Positions 18,959-28,239 of a stretch of DNA of 64,000 nucleotides are shown in pieces. The notes under the pieces are model-generated. The model was not told where the DNA came from. It searched no databases and worked only from the letters and a program-made list of their open reading frames with translations. The DNA comes from an uncultured Saprospiraceae bacterium (GTDB lineage: Bacteria > Bacteroidota > Bacteroidia > Chitinophagales > Saprospiraceae): positions 173,100 through 237,099 of the forward strand of contig CAYTVG010000006.1 of NCBI GenBank assembly GCA_964441755.1, written 5' to 3'. Position numbers and translations under genes: made by a program. How positions within the stretch are numbered: the stretch's first letter is position 1; each line of letters starts with the position of its first letter.

Positions 18959-21293
18959 GTATACAGGCCAAAAGCTACACCCCACCCCCCGGCAGTTGGC
19001 TATCCTCAGTCTGCTGCTCCTGTGCAGCCTGCCGGGCAGATTACACAGCAACTGTGAGCCCGGGCGGCTGCCCTTCTATGGATATGCATTCATAGACCCC
19101 ACCATTGCTGCAGGTCCTGAGCACATGGCAGCCTATTACCTTGATTTTGGCAGCCTCTACAAGCAATATTACCAGCCTGCTGCCGAACTACAGGCCGATG
19201 AAAACCTACGGGAATGGCAGGAGCGCTACTGTGATTATCCCGACACCGAAGACCTGCAGGCCATCATTTACCGCGCCAGCGAAGAAGACCTCCACTACCT
19301 GCACCGGCTGGTAGCAGCAGGCGGCAGCCTGCTCGACCGCCTGTATGAGACCAACAGCTTTGTCTACTACCTCCGACAGCACAAATGCACCGATGTTGTT
19401 GACTACCTCATCCTCACCCGGCGTTGCGAAGCATTCGTGCAGGCACCTGCTGACCCCTGGAAACCCCGGCAGCGCTCGAAGCTCGACCAGGAGATCATGC
19501 GCAGTCTCATCGACGACGCCCACAAAGGATTTCGCGCCACCCGTTCCCATTTTCTCAAGCTGCGCTACGCCTATCAGGCCATCCGCCTCGCCCACTACCT
19601 CAAAGACTACCGCCTGACCCTCGAACTCTGCGACTACTACCTCCCCAAGACAGACAACGACCCAAGCATCATTGAACACTGGATTGCAGGCCACAAAGCC
19701 GGTGCACTACAGGCACTGGGCGACTACCCGCAAGCTGCCTATCTCTATTCACGCATCTACGCCCTTAGCCCCGGTCGCCGTGAAAGCGCCTTCCGCAGCT
19801 TTCGGATCAAGAGTGACCAGCAGTGGAAGCAAGCCCTGCTGCTCTGTCGCAACGACCGTGAGCGCGCCGATCTGTATGCCCTGCGTGCGCACAGCAGCGA
19901 AGCCCGCCTGCCCGACGAGATGGAACGCATATACCACTACGATGCGCGCAACCCCACCCTTGAGCTGCTGCTGCTGCGGGAGATGCAGCGGCTGGAAAAA
20001 GACCTGCTGGGTGTAGGCCTGCACGATCAGACAGCCACCAACCAGCAGCGATATGGCATACCCCGCGCCAATGCCGGCAAGCGCGCGCTCGAGATGCTGG
20101 CGCTTGTAAAAAAAATCGGGCAGGAGCGCAAGGTGCGCAGGCCGCAACTTTGGCTGCTCGCCCAGGGATATATCGAAACCCTCACCGGCGACTACTACGC
20201 TGCCGCACGCACCTTCGAGCGCAGCGAGCGCGAGCTCGACAACGAAGCACTGCTACAACAACTGCAGGTTTTTCGCCTCGTCCTGGACATCCTCGCTCTA
20301 CAGGATGCCGAAAGAAAAACCGAAGAGCGCATTGCCGAGTGGAAATTCAGCGACCCCCTGTTTCAGTCAGTACCCGACTTCGCACGCCTCACCCGCGACA
20401 AGCTGCGCCGGCTGTACACCCGCTCAGGCTACACCACCAAAGCCCTGATGCTGGACTACACCTACAAACACGTTATGGCCAGCGGAGATGCCGAAGTACT
20501 TGAAGACCTTATCGCCCTCTGCCGAAAGCCCAATCCCAGCCGGCTTGAACTCGCCATCATAGCGCATCCCGACGGAGGTACCATCTATTTTGACCTCCTC
20601 AACCTCAAGGCCAGCCTGCTTATACAACAAGGAAAAATGGCCACTGCCCTCGAGGTTTTTCAACAAATACCCCAAGACAAATGGCCGCAATACGGTGCTT
20701 TTAACCCCTTTGCCGACCACCTGCGCGACTGTATACACTGCCCCCAGGATCTTTCGCAGGTAAAACCCATGAATGCCGGCGAAAGCCCCCGCTTTTACGA
20801 CAAAGCTGCCTATCTCAGCGCTATGCTCGAGATGGAGCGCCGCGCCATCATGGAAGCCGACCCCAATGTAGCTGCTATCCGCTACTACCGCCTTGGGCTA
20901 GCCCACTACAACCTCACCTATTTCGGTCAGGCCTGGGCCATGGCTGACGCCTTCCGCAGCGGCAGCAGCCTGCGGCAACTGCAGCAGCGCCGCCCCGAGC
21001 AGCTCTTCAGCCATCCCCGCTACCCGCTGGGCAACCGGGAGTTTTTTGACTGCAGCAGAGCCCGTATCTATTTTGAAAAAGCCCGCGACATGGCTGTCGA
21101 ACCGGAGATCGCAGCCCGCGCAGCCTTTATGGCCGCCCGCTGCGAGTCCAACGCCTACTACAGCCGCCTCGACGGGCAGCAGGCCCGGAGCTATGATAAC
21201 TTCAAAAAATTGCAGGAACAGTACAGCCAAACCCAATTCTACAACCGCATCATTGAAGAGTGTCTATACTTCAAAGCCTACGCCCGGCAGTAG
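18954..21293 (+). CDS. Large secreted hypothetical protein, predominantly alpha-helical/TPR-like (family not recognised)
   Basis: 779-aa uninterrupted ORF with an N-terminal signal-like segment (LAILSLLLLCSLPGRLHS). Confidence 0.65.
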   Translation: MMYTGQKLHPTPRQLAILSLLLLCSLPGRLHSNCEPGRLPFYGYAFIDPTIAAGPEHMAAYYLDFGSLYKQYYQPAAELQADENLREWQERYCDYPDTEDLQAIIYRASEEDLHYLHRLVAAGGSLLDRLYETNSFVYYLRQHKCTDVVDYLILTRRCEAFVQAPADPWKPRQRSKLDQEIMRSLIDDAHKGFRATRSHFLKLRYAYQAIRLAHYLKDYRLTLELCDYYLPKTDNDPSIIEHWIAGHKAGALQALGDYPQAAYLYSRIYALSPGRRESAFRSFRIKSDQQWKQALLLCRNDRERADLYALRAHSSEARLPDEMERIYHYDARNPTLELLLLREMQRLEKDLLGVGLHDQTATNQQRYGIPRANAGKRALEMLALVKKIGQERKVRRPQLWLLAQGYIETLTGDYYAAARTFERSERELDNEALLQQLQVFRLVLDILALQDAERKTEERIAEWKFSDPLFQSVPDFARLTRDKLRRLYTRSGYTTKALMLDYTYKHVMASGDAEVLEDLIALCRKPNPSRLELAIIAHPDGGTIYFDLLNLKASLLIQQGKMATALEVFQQIPQDKWPQYGAFNPFADHLRDCIHCPQDLSQVKPMNAGESPRFYDKAAYLSAMLEMERRAIMEADPNVAAIRYYRLGLAHYNLTYFGQAWAMADAFRSGSSLRQLQQRRPEQLFSHPRYPLGNREFFDCSRARIYFEKARDMAVEPEIAARAAFMAARCESNAYYSRLDGQQARSYDNFKKLQEQYSQTQFYNRIIEECLYFKAYARQ

Positions 21294-21426
21294 CAGCCAA
21301 CACAGGTTAAACAAATCTAATATTCTATATAATTTCCATGCTGCAAATTTTTATTTTACAAAAATCGCATTTATATTTACGCTTATAGATGCTTATATCG
21401 ATTTTCGTAAGTAATTATTCTTTATC

Positions 21427-23214
21427 GTGCAGCCAACAGATATCCGGGATCCGGAATATTTCCACAAGGTAGTCGACTGCCAGTACGCCTGCCCCGCCCA
21501 TACGCCTGTGCCGGAGTACATACGGCTGATTGCCGCCGGCAGGTATGCCGACGCCTACATGGTCAACTGGGAGTCCAATGTATTTCCCGGCATTTTGGGT
21601 CGCACCTGCGACCGTCCCTGTGAGCCTGCCTGTCGGCGCGGCCGGCTCGACCAGGCAGAAGAGCCTGTGGCCATTTGTCGCCTCAAGCGCGTAGCGGCCG
21701 ACAACAAAGGCGATGTTGCCGCGCGCATGCCGCAGGCAGCGGCGCACAGCAATGGTAAAAAGATCGCCCTGGTTGGCGGCGGCCCTGCCTCCCTGACGGT
21801 AGCCCGTGATCTGGCACCGCTGGGCTACGAGATTCACCTCTACGACGAATGGCACAAAGCCGGCGGCATGATGCGCACGCAGATTCCTGCCTTTCGCCTG
21901 CCCGAGTCGGTGCTGGACGAAGAGACCGGCTACATCCTCAACATGGGCATACACACCCACTTCAACCACTATGTGTCGAGTATGCGGGACCTCCTGAGCA
22001 AGGGCTACGACGCTGTTTTTGTTGGGACAGGCGCTCCCAAGGGTCGCGACCTGCAGCTGCCGGGCCGACAGGAGGGAGCCAAAAACATCCATATAGGTAT
22101 ACAATTTTTGGCGAATGTAGCTTTTGAGCACCTTCACAGTATAGGCAAAAAAGTGATTGTGCTGGGGGGCGGCAATACCGCCATGGATTGCTGCCGCACT
22201 GCCCGCCGCCTTGGCGGCGAGCAGGTGAGTGTGGTCGTTCGCAGCCCTTTCAATACGATGAAAGCCTCCCCCTGGGAGATTGAGGATGCGCAGCGCGAAG
22301 ACATCCCCATCTATAACAATATGCCTCCCAAGGAATTTGTGGTCGAAGACGGCCGCCTTCGGGGTGTTGTTTTTGAAAAAGTGCGGGCCGTGACGGATGA
22401 ACTGGGTCGCCGGCAGCTCGTCCCTACGGGCGAGCCCGATGTGTTTATGGAAGCTGACGATGTTATCATTGCTGTCGGGCAGGACAATGCCTTCCCCTGG
22501 ATTGAGCGCGATCTGGGCATCGCCTTTGGGCAGTGGGACCTGCCTGTGCTCGACCGCATGACTTTTCAGTCCAGCCTGCCGCAAGTATTTTTTGGCGGCG
22601 ATGCCGCCTTTGGCCCTGAGAATGTCATTACTGCCGTGGCCCATGGCCACCAGGCGGCCATTTCGATCCACCTATTCTGTCAGGGGCTTGATCTGGTGAC
22701 CGACCGGCCGGCACCGACGACCAACCTCATTCGCCAGAAGATGGGTATTCACGAATGGATCTACGACAGCGACGTAGTCGACGACGACCGCTATGCCGTA
22801 CCCCACGAAGAAAAAACGCTGAGTCTGAGCAACCGCAAGGTTGAGGTTGAGCTGGGATTCGATCTGCAGACAGCCTTCAAAGAAGCGCAGCGCTGTCTCA
22901 ATTGTGATGTGCAGACCGTTTTCAACACCCAGCGCTGTATCGAATGTGATGCCTGCGTAGACATCTGCCCTACCTCCTGCATCACCTTTACATTTGACGG
23001 AGAAGAAGAGGAAGTACGCCAGCGGCTGACGGTGCCGGCCAACAACCCCGGGCAGGCGCTCTATGTATCTACGCCCCTGCCCACCACCCGGGTGATGATC
23101 AAAGACGAGGACGTATGCCTGCACTGCGGCCTTTGTGCTGAACGATGCCCGACGGCAGCCTGGGATATGCAAAAATATTTGTACAACACGACCAAAGCCA
23201 GCAGCCTGTTATGA
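21427..23214 (+). CDS. GltD-like NAD(P)H-dependent FAD oxidoreductase fused to a C-terminal 2x[4Fe-4S] ferredoxin domain
   Basis: 595 aa with a GTG start. N-terminal Cys cluster (CPAHTP...CDRPCEPAC), two Rossmann motifs (VGGGPASL, VLGGGNTAMDC), and C-terminal CIECDACVDICP and CLHCGLCAERCP. The stop overlaps the korA start (ATGA at 23211-23214). Confidence 0.85.
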   Translation: MQPTDIRDPEYFHKVVDCQYACPAHTPVPEYIRLIAAGRYADAYMVNWESNVFPGILGRTCDRPCEPACRRGRLDQAEEPVAICRLKRVAADNKGDVAARMPQAAAHSNGKKIALVGGGPASLTVARDLAPLGYEIHLYDEWHKAGGMMRTQIPAFRLPESVLDEETGYILNMGIHTHFNHYVSSMRDLLSKGYDAVFVGTGAPKGRDLQLPGRQEGAKNIHIGIQFLANVAFEHLHSIGKKVIVLGGGNTAMDCCRTARRLGGEQVSVVVRSPFNTMKASPWEIEDAQREDIPIYNNMPPKEFVVEDGRLRGVVFEKVRAVTDELGRRQLVPTGEPDVFMEADDVIIAVGQDNAFPWIERDLGIAFGQWDLPVLDRMTFQSSLPQVFFGGDAAFGPENVITAVAHGHQAAISIHLFCQGLDLVTDRPAPTTNLIRQKMGIHEWIYDSDVVDDDRYAVPHEEKTLSLSNRKVEVELGFDLQTAFKEAQRCLNCDVQTVFNTQRCIECDACVDICPTSCITFTFDGEEEEVRQRLTVPANNPGQALYVSTPLPTTRVMIKDEDVCLHCGLCAERCPTAAWDMQKYLYNTTKASSLL

Positions 23215-25025
23215 GCACTCCCCGATACAATGACTTTGTCATTCGCTTTGCCAATGTAAACGGCACCGGTTCTGCCAGCGCCAATGATATGTTTTCGAAA
23301 GCTGTCTTTCGCATGGGTATACCTGTGGCGGCCAAGAATATTTTTCCTTCCAACATACAGGGGCTGCCTACCTGGTTTGAGGTACGTGTCAATGAGCAGG
23401 GCTACCTCGGGCGGCGCGAGGGGATAGACATCATGGTAGCTGTCAACCCGCAGAGCCTGCGGCAGGACGTGCAGGCGGTGCTGCCGGGCGGCTATTTTCT
23501 GTACGACAGCACCAAGCAGCTGCGCGCCGATGTATTGCGCGACGACATCCACTACATTGGCGTCCCTATGATGCAGTTGTGTATGGATCACTTCAGCGAG
23601 CCCCGGCAGCAGCAATTGCTCAAAAACATGGTCTATATAGGCGCTTTGGCTGAGTTGCTGTGCATTGAGATCGCCGTGATTCACGAGATAGTACGGCAAC
23701 AGTTTAGGAAAAACGAAAAACTGACAGCGCTCAATTTTCAGGCGCTCGAACTGGGCAGGGAGTACGTGCGTGCGCATTATGACTGCCCGCTGCCGATACA
23801 ATTGCTGCGACGCGACAAGCTGGGCGATGCCATCATGATTGACGGCAACACCGCTACGGGTCTGGGGGCTCTGTACGGGGGTGCTTCTGTCGTTGCCTGG
23901 TATCCCATCACGCCCTCCACCTCCGTTGCCAAAGCGTTTGAGACCTATGCCAAGCGCTACCGCACTGATGCTGAAACCGGCAGGAAGCGCTATGCCATTG
24001 TACAGGCCGAAGATGAGCTGGCTGCCATCGGCATGGTCATTGGCGCTGCCTGGAATGGTGCCCGTGCATTTACAGCCACCAGCGGACCGGGGGTATCCCT
24101 CATGAGTGAATTTCTCGGGCTGGCCTATTTTGCGGAGATTCCTGCCGTGCTCGTCAACGTGCAGCGCGGAGGCCCCTCTACGGGTATGCCTACCCGCACC
24201 CAGCAGGCAGATCTTCTCTCTTCGGCTTACGCTTCTCACGGCGACACCAAGCACGTGCTGCTTTTTCCCTCTACCCCTGCCGAGTGCTTTGACATGACTG
24301 CTACGGCCCTCGACCTTGCCGACCGGCTGCAGACGCCTGTGCTGGTGATGACCGATCTGGATCTGGGCATGAATTCTCACCTCTCCCCACCGCTTAAGTG
24401 GGAGGCAGGCCGGCGGTACGACCGCGGTAAGGTACTCACAGCTGAACAGCTCGAAACGCTGGACAAATTTGGCCGCTACCTCGATGTCGATGGCGATGGT
24501 ATTTGCTATCGCAGTCTGCCGGGCACACACCCCACCAAAGGTGCCTTTACGACCCGCGGCACCTCCCGCGACGAGTATGCGCGCTATACAGAAGATGCGG
24601 CTACCTATGCGCGCTCCATCGACCGGCTGGCCAAAAAATGGAAAACTGCTGCCGGGCTTGTGCCCCCAGCCGAAGAATACCAGCCCGGAAACCAAAGCAG
24701 CATCGGTATGATCTTCTTCGGTACTTCCCACTATGCAGCCATCGAAGCGCTGGAGATGCTGCGGCAGCAGGGTATACTTGTCGACGCACTTCGGGTAAGG
24801 GCCTTCCCCTTTCAGCAGCGCGTAGCCAGCTTTATTGAGGAGCACGAACAGGTACTGGTGATCGAGCAGAACCGGGACAAACAGTTCCGCTCCCTGTTGG
24901 TCAACGAGCTGGAGGTGGCGCCCCGCAAGCTCATCCCCATCCTCAACTACGACGGTATGCCCATCACCGCCGATGCCATCTTCCGGCAGGCCAGTGAGGC
25001 GCTGTTGCTGGTTGAGCAGTTGTAA
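23211..25025 (+). CDS. korA: 2-oxoacid (2-oxoglutarate):ferredoxin oxidoreductase subunit alpha (gamma-alpha fusion type)
   Basis: MSTPRYNDFVIRFANVNGTGSASANDMF (gamma-like domain), then ITPSTS, ELAAIGMVIGAAWNGARAFTATSGPG, RGGPSTGMPT. The ATG at 23211 is preferred over the track start at 23145. Confidence 0.9.
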   Translation: MSTPRYNDFVIRFANVNGTGSASANDMFSKAVFRMGIPVAAKNIFPSNIQGLPTWFEVRVNEQGYLGRREGIDIMVAVNPQSLRQDVQAVLPGGYFLYDSTKQLRADVLRDDIHYIGVPMMQLCMDHFSEPRQQQLLKNMVYIGALAELLCIEIAVIHEIVRQQFRKNEKLTALNFQALELGREYVRAHYDCPLPIQLLRRDKLGDAIMIDGNTATGLGALYGGASVVAWYPITPSTSVAKAFETYAKRYRTDAETGRKRYAIVQAEDELAAIGMVIGAAWNGARAFTATSGPGVSLMSEFLGLAYFAEIPAVLVNVQRGGPSTGMPTRTQQADLLSSAYASHGDTKHVLLFPSTPAECFDMTATALDLADRLQTPVLVMTDLDLGMNSHLSPPLKWEAGRRYDRGKVLTAEQLETLDKFGRYLDVDGDGICYRSLPGTHPTKGAFTTRGTSRDEYARYTEDAATYARSIDRLAKKWKTAAGLVPPAEEYQPGNQSSIGMIFFGTSHYAAIEALEMLRQQGILVDALRVRAFPFQQRVASFIEEHEQVLVIEQNRDKQFRSLLVNELEVAPRKLIPILNYDGMPITADAIFRQASEALLLVEQL

Positions 25026-25127
25026 AGCAACTATTGAGATAACCCTCGGGCCTTGACGGCCGGACTATAAACAAAATGGCGGGACATTTTTGCCACCTAC
25101 AGCGCTCCCGCTACAAAAACCAGCGTT

Positions 25128-26180
25128 ATGTCTTTTGTAAAACCAAGCTTTCGCCACCCCGGACTGGAAAAAAATAAGGCAGGCTACACCAGAGCCGACT
25201 ACGAAGGTTCCATCTCTACCCTTTGCGCGGGCTGCGGGCACGACTCCATCAGTGCTGCCATTGTGCAGGCATGTTATGAAATCGATCTCGAGCCCCACCG
25301 GCTGGCCAAAATCTCCGGTATCGGTTGCTCCTCCAAAACCCCCGCCTATTTCCTCAACAATTCCCACGGCTTCAACTCTGTACACGGACGCATGCCCTCT
25401 GTTGCTACAGGCGCGTACATGGCCAACCGCGATCTGCTGTATCTGGGTGTGTCCGGTGACGGCGACACAGCTTCCATCGGTATGGGGCAGTTTGTGCACG
25501 CAGTGCGCAGGAACGTCAACATGGTATACATTGTCATGAACAATGGCTGCTACGGGCTCACCAAGGGGCAGGACTCTGCGACGGCGGACCTGGGATCCAT
25601 CAGCAAGGAAGGCAATCCTAATCCTTTTGAGGGGATTGACCTGTGCAGTCTGGCCATTGAACTCGGTGCCGGCTTTGTGGCGCGCAGTTTTTCCGGAGAT
25701 AAGCAGCAGTTGGTGCCCCTCATCAAAGCGGCTCTACGGCATCCCGGCTTTGCCTTTCTGGATGTTATCTCACCTTGTGTCACTTTCAACAACAACCAGG
25801 GCTCTACCAAGTCGTATGACTACACCCGCGAGCATATCGAGGCGACTGCTGCCCTGGATCTCATCCCTTATAAAGAAGAAATTACCATAGACTATGAGGA
25901 GGGCAATGCTGTGCTGGCGCCCCTGCACGACGGCTCCCTGCTGCAGTTGCACAAGCTTGCCCCCGGCTGGAACCCGGCCGACCGGCAGTCTGTCATGAAT
26001 ATGCTGCACGAGTACCGGCAGCGGGGGCAGATTCCTACCGGACTGCTTTACCTGCACCCGCAGGCCCGCGACCTGCACGAGCTCATCCACACCAGCAGCA
26101 CACCGCTCAACCAGTTGACGGAAGAGGACTTGTGCCCCGGCACCGAGATACTGGAGCAGCTCAACAGCCAGTTTAGGTAA
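25128..26180 (+). CDS. korB: 2-oxoacid:ferredoxin oxidoreductase subunit beta (TPP-binding)
   Basis: 350 aa; CAGCGHDSI, GIGCSS, GVSGDGDTASIGMGQF, NNGCYGLTKGQ. Confidence 0.9.
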   Translation: MSFVKPSFRHPGLEKNKAGYTRADYEGSISTLCAGCGHDSISAAIVQACYEIDLEPHRLAKISGIGCSSKTPAYFLNNSHGFNSVHGRMPSVATGAYMANRDLLYLGVSGDGDTASIGMGQFVHAVRRNVNMVYIVMNNGCYGLTKGQDSATADLGSISKEGNPNPFEGIDLCSLAIELGAGFVARSFSGDKQQLVPLIKAALRHPGFAFLDVISPCVTFNNNQGSTKSYDYTREHIEATAALDLIPYKEEITIDYEEGNAVLAPLHDGSLLQLHKLAPGWNPADRQSVMNMLHEYRQRGQIPTGLLYLHPQARDLHELIHTSSTPLNQLTEEDLCPGTEILEQLNSQFR

Positions 26181-26390
26181 AGCGAGCTTGTGACCGGAAA
26201 AGAAGATGTGAAAACGGAAGCTCAGTAGCAAATTTAGGTAAAACAGGCTTGTGACCGGAAAAGGAGATGCGGATAACCATAACCCGGCAGTAAAACAAGC
26301 TTATTTCCTGAAAAGGAAGCTGCAGAAAACGGCAATTCAACAGGCAGTTGTAGCGGTACATGTTTGCACCCGGAAGAAAATACGCAAAAC
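26170..26390. repeat. Decaying tandem repeat (~60-bp period, 2 good plus 2 degenerate copies) filling the korB-marR intergenic region
   Basis: AGTTTAGGTAAAGCGAGCTTGTGACCGGAAAAGAAGATGTG (26170-26210, includes the korB stop) versus AATTTAGGTAAAACAGGCTTGTGACCGGAAAAGGAGATGCG (26231-26271). Weaker copies near 26290 and 26355. Confidence 0.7.
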
Positions 26391-26413
26391 GGCCAGTTTT
26401 AGCGAAGCTATCG

Positions 26414-26854
26414 TCAGCCATTAAAATTGTCGAAAATCCGATTAATGATGCGCAGGAAAGTCTGGTAATCCTCGTCCGAAAGGCCTTCCCAGCCCTTATG
26501 GCGGAGAGCCTTTACGGCAGGATAAACTTTCTCCACCACCGCTCTGCCCGCGTCTGTCAGGCAGATGTGAAACCGGCGGCGGTCGTCATCCGCGATACGG
26601 CGTTCGACCCACTGTTTGCGCACCAGCAGATCGATGATGCGGGATACGGTCGGCGCATTTTTAAAGCTGCCGTTGGCGAGTTCGGCCTGCGACTGTCCGT
26701 CCTGCTCATACAAATTCATGAGCAGCACCCACTGCTCTGTCGTGATATCTATATTCAGTTCCTGAAAAACTTTGAGATACGCCTGTTTTACACTTCTTGC
26801 GGTACGATCGAGATAGGTACCAAAATGCTTACTACCATCGTGTTTGGAGGACAT
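26414..26854 (-). CDS. MarR-family transcriptional regulator
   Basis: 146 aa; winged-HTH pattern ITTEQWVLLMNLYEQDGQSQAELANGSFKNAPTVSRIIDLLVRKQWVER..DDDRR. Confidence 0.85.
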   Translation of the reverse strand: MSSKHDGSKHFGTYLDRTARSVKQAYLKVFQELNIDITTEQWVLLMNLYEQDGQSQAELANGSFKNAPTVSRIIDLLVRKQWVERRIADDDRRRFHICLTDAGRAVVEKVYPAVKALRHKGWEGLSDEDYQTFLRIINRIFDNFNG

Positions 26855-26882
26855 TTTTTACCACTTTCTGCCAAATGAAAAG

Positions 26883-26900
26883 TATTTTGCGCCCAAAATA
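26883..26900. promoter_or_regulatory. Imperfect palindrome TATTTTGCG/CCCAAAATA in the divergent marR-thiolase intergenic region (candidate MarR operator)
   Basis: 8 of 9 positions are self-complementary. Located between the marR start (26854) and the thiolase start (26949). Confidence 0.3.
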
Positions 26901-26948
26901 ACAAAAAATAGCGACTACGCAACACACAGCAACCTGACAAATAAGCCA

Positions 26949-28163
26949 ATGAAAAATTTAGCATTCATTATTGACGGCATCCGGACGCCCATCGGGCAGT
27001 TTGGCGGCAGCCTCAGCGCGGTGCGCGCCGACGATCTGGGCGCCCACGTGCTGCGCCAGCTGCTGGCGCGCAATCCGCAGATTCCTGCAGATGCCTACGA
27101 GGACGTAATCATGGGTTGCGCCAACCAGGCCGGTGAAGACAACCGCAATGTAGCCCGCATGAGCCTGCTGCTGGCGGGCATGCCCGTCAGCGTACCCGGC
27201 GAGACCGTCAACCGGCTATGCGCCTCCGGCCTGTCGGCCGTCATCCACGCCCGCCGGGCCATCCTGGCCGGCGACGGCCACCTTTTCATTGCCGGCGGCC
27301 TCGAGCAGATGACCCGCGGCCCCTGGGTCATGTCCAAAAGTGCCAAAGCTTTTGGCAACGACATGCAGCTCTTTGACAGCAGCTTTGGCTGGCGCTTCAT
27401 CAATCCGGCGATGCAGGCAACCTATGGCACCGATGCCATGGGTGAGACAGCCGAAAATTTGGTCGACCTCTACCAGATTGACCGCCGCGACCAGGACCAG
27501 TTTGCCTGCTGGTCGCAGCAAAAGGCTAGCGCCGCCCGCGATGCAGGCCGTTTTGCGGAAGAAATTGCAGCGGTAGAAATTCCCCAGCGCAAAGGAGTGC
27601 CCCTGCTTTTTTCCCAGGACGAATTCATCAAACCCCAGACGACCCTTGAAGGGCTGGCGCAACTGCGCCCTGCCTTCCGCAAGCAAGGCGGCAGCGTCAC
27701 GGCCGGCAACGCCTCCGGCCTCAACGACGGAGCGGCAGCCCTCATTGTCGCCTCTTCCGAGGCAGTTGCCCGCTATGGCCTGCGCCCGCAGGCGCGCATA
27801 CTGGCTGCAGCCGTGGCGGGCGTAGAGCCCCGCATCATGGGCATTGGCCCCGTGGCCGCTTCGCAAAAAGCCCTGCAGCAAGCGGGGCTGCAGCTGGCGG
27901 ATATGGACCTGATAGAGATCAACGAAGCTTTCGCCGCGCAAGTACTGGCCTGCACCCGTGCGCTGGGGCTGGCCGACGATGACGCACGCATCAACCCCAA
28001 TGGCGGCGCCATTGCCCTTGGGCATCCCCTCGGGATGTCGGGCGCCCGGCTGGCGCTCACCGCCGCCCGCGAACTGCAGCGCAGCGGCAAGCGCTATGCG
28101 CTGGTCACTATGTGCATAGGCGTAGGGCAGGGTTATGCGGCTGTTTTAGAAGCTGTTGCATAA
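26949..28163 (+). CDS. Acetyl-CoA C-acyltransferase (thiolase)
   Basis: NRLCASGL (active-site Cys), NEAFAAQ, GGAIALGHPLGMSGARL, CIGVGQG. The ATG at 26949 (MKNLAFIIDGIRTPIG) is preferred over the track start at 26844. Confidence 0.9.
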   Translation: MKNLAFIIDGIRTPIGQFGGSLSAVRADDLGAHVLRQLLARNPQIPADAYEDVIMGCANQAGEDNRNVARMSLLLAGMPVSVPGETVNRLCASGLSAVIHARRAILAGDGHLFIAGGLEQMTRGPWVMSKSAKAFGNDMQLFDSSFGWRFINPAMQATYGTDAMGETAENLVDLYQIDRRDQDQFACWSQQKASAARDAGRFAEEIAAVEIPQRKGVPLLFSQDEFIKPQTTLEGLAQLRPAFRKQGGSVTAGNASGLNDGAAALIVASSEAVARYGLRPQARILAAAVAGVEPRIMGIGPVAASQKALQQAGLQLADMDLIEINEAFAAQVLACTRALGLADDDARINPNGGAIALGHPLGMSGARLALTAARELQRSGKRYALVTMCIGVGQGYAAVLEAVA

Positions 28164-28167
28164 AAAA

Positions 28168-28235
28168 AATACTCTTTGGCGGCTGATGCCACCAAAGAGT
28201 ATTTATCATTTTTTGCCGCCATTGGCGGCAAAAAA
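28168..28235. terminator. Two hairpins between the convergent thiolase and Mo-oxidoreductase genes
   Basis: 12-bp stem AATACTCTTTGG / CCAAAGAGTATT within 28168-28203, followed by a T run. Perfect TTTTTTGCCGCC-ATT-GGCGGCAAAAAA at 28209-28235. Confidence 0.55.
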
Positions 28236-28239
28236 CAGC

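Noticed and set aside
21415-22671. 418-aa minus-strand ORF
   Set aside because: It is antisense to the GltD-like gene, whose Rossmann and Fe-S motifs are unambiguous. The translation is Arg/Ala/Gly-rich with no recognisable motifs, as expected for a high-GC shadow ORF.
23061-24845. 594-aa minus-strand ORF
   Set aside because: It is entirely antisense to korA, which has clear OFOR alpha motifs, so it is a shadow ORF.
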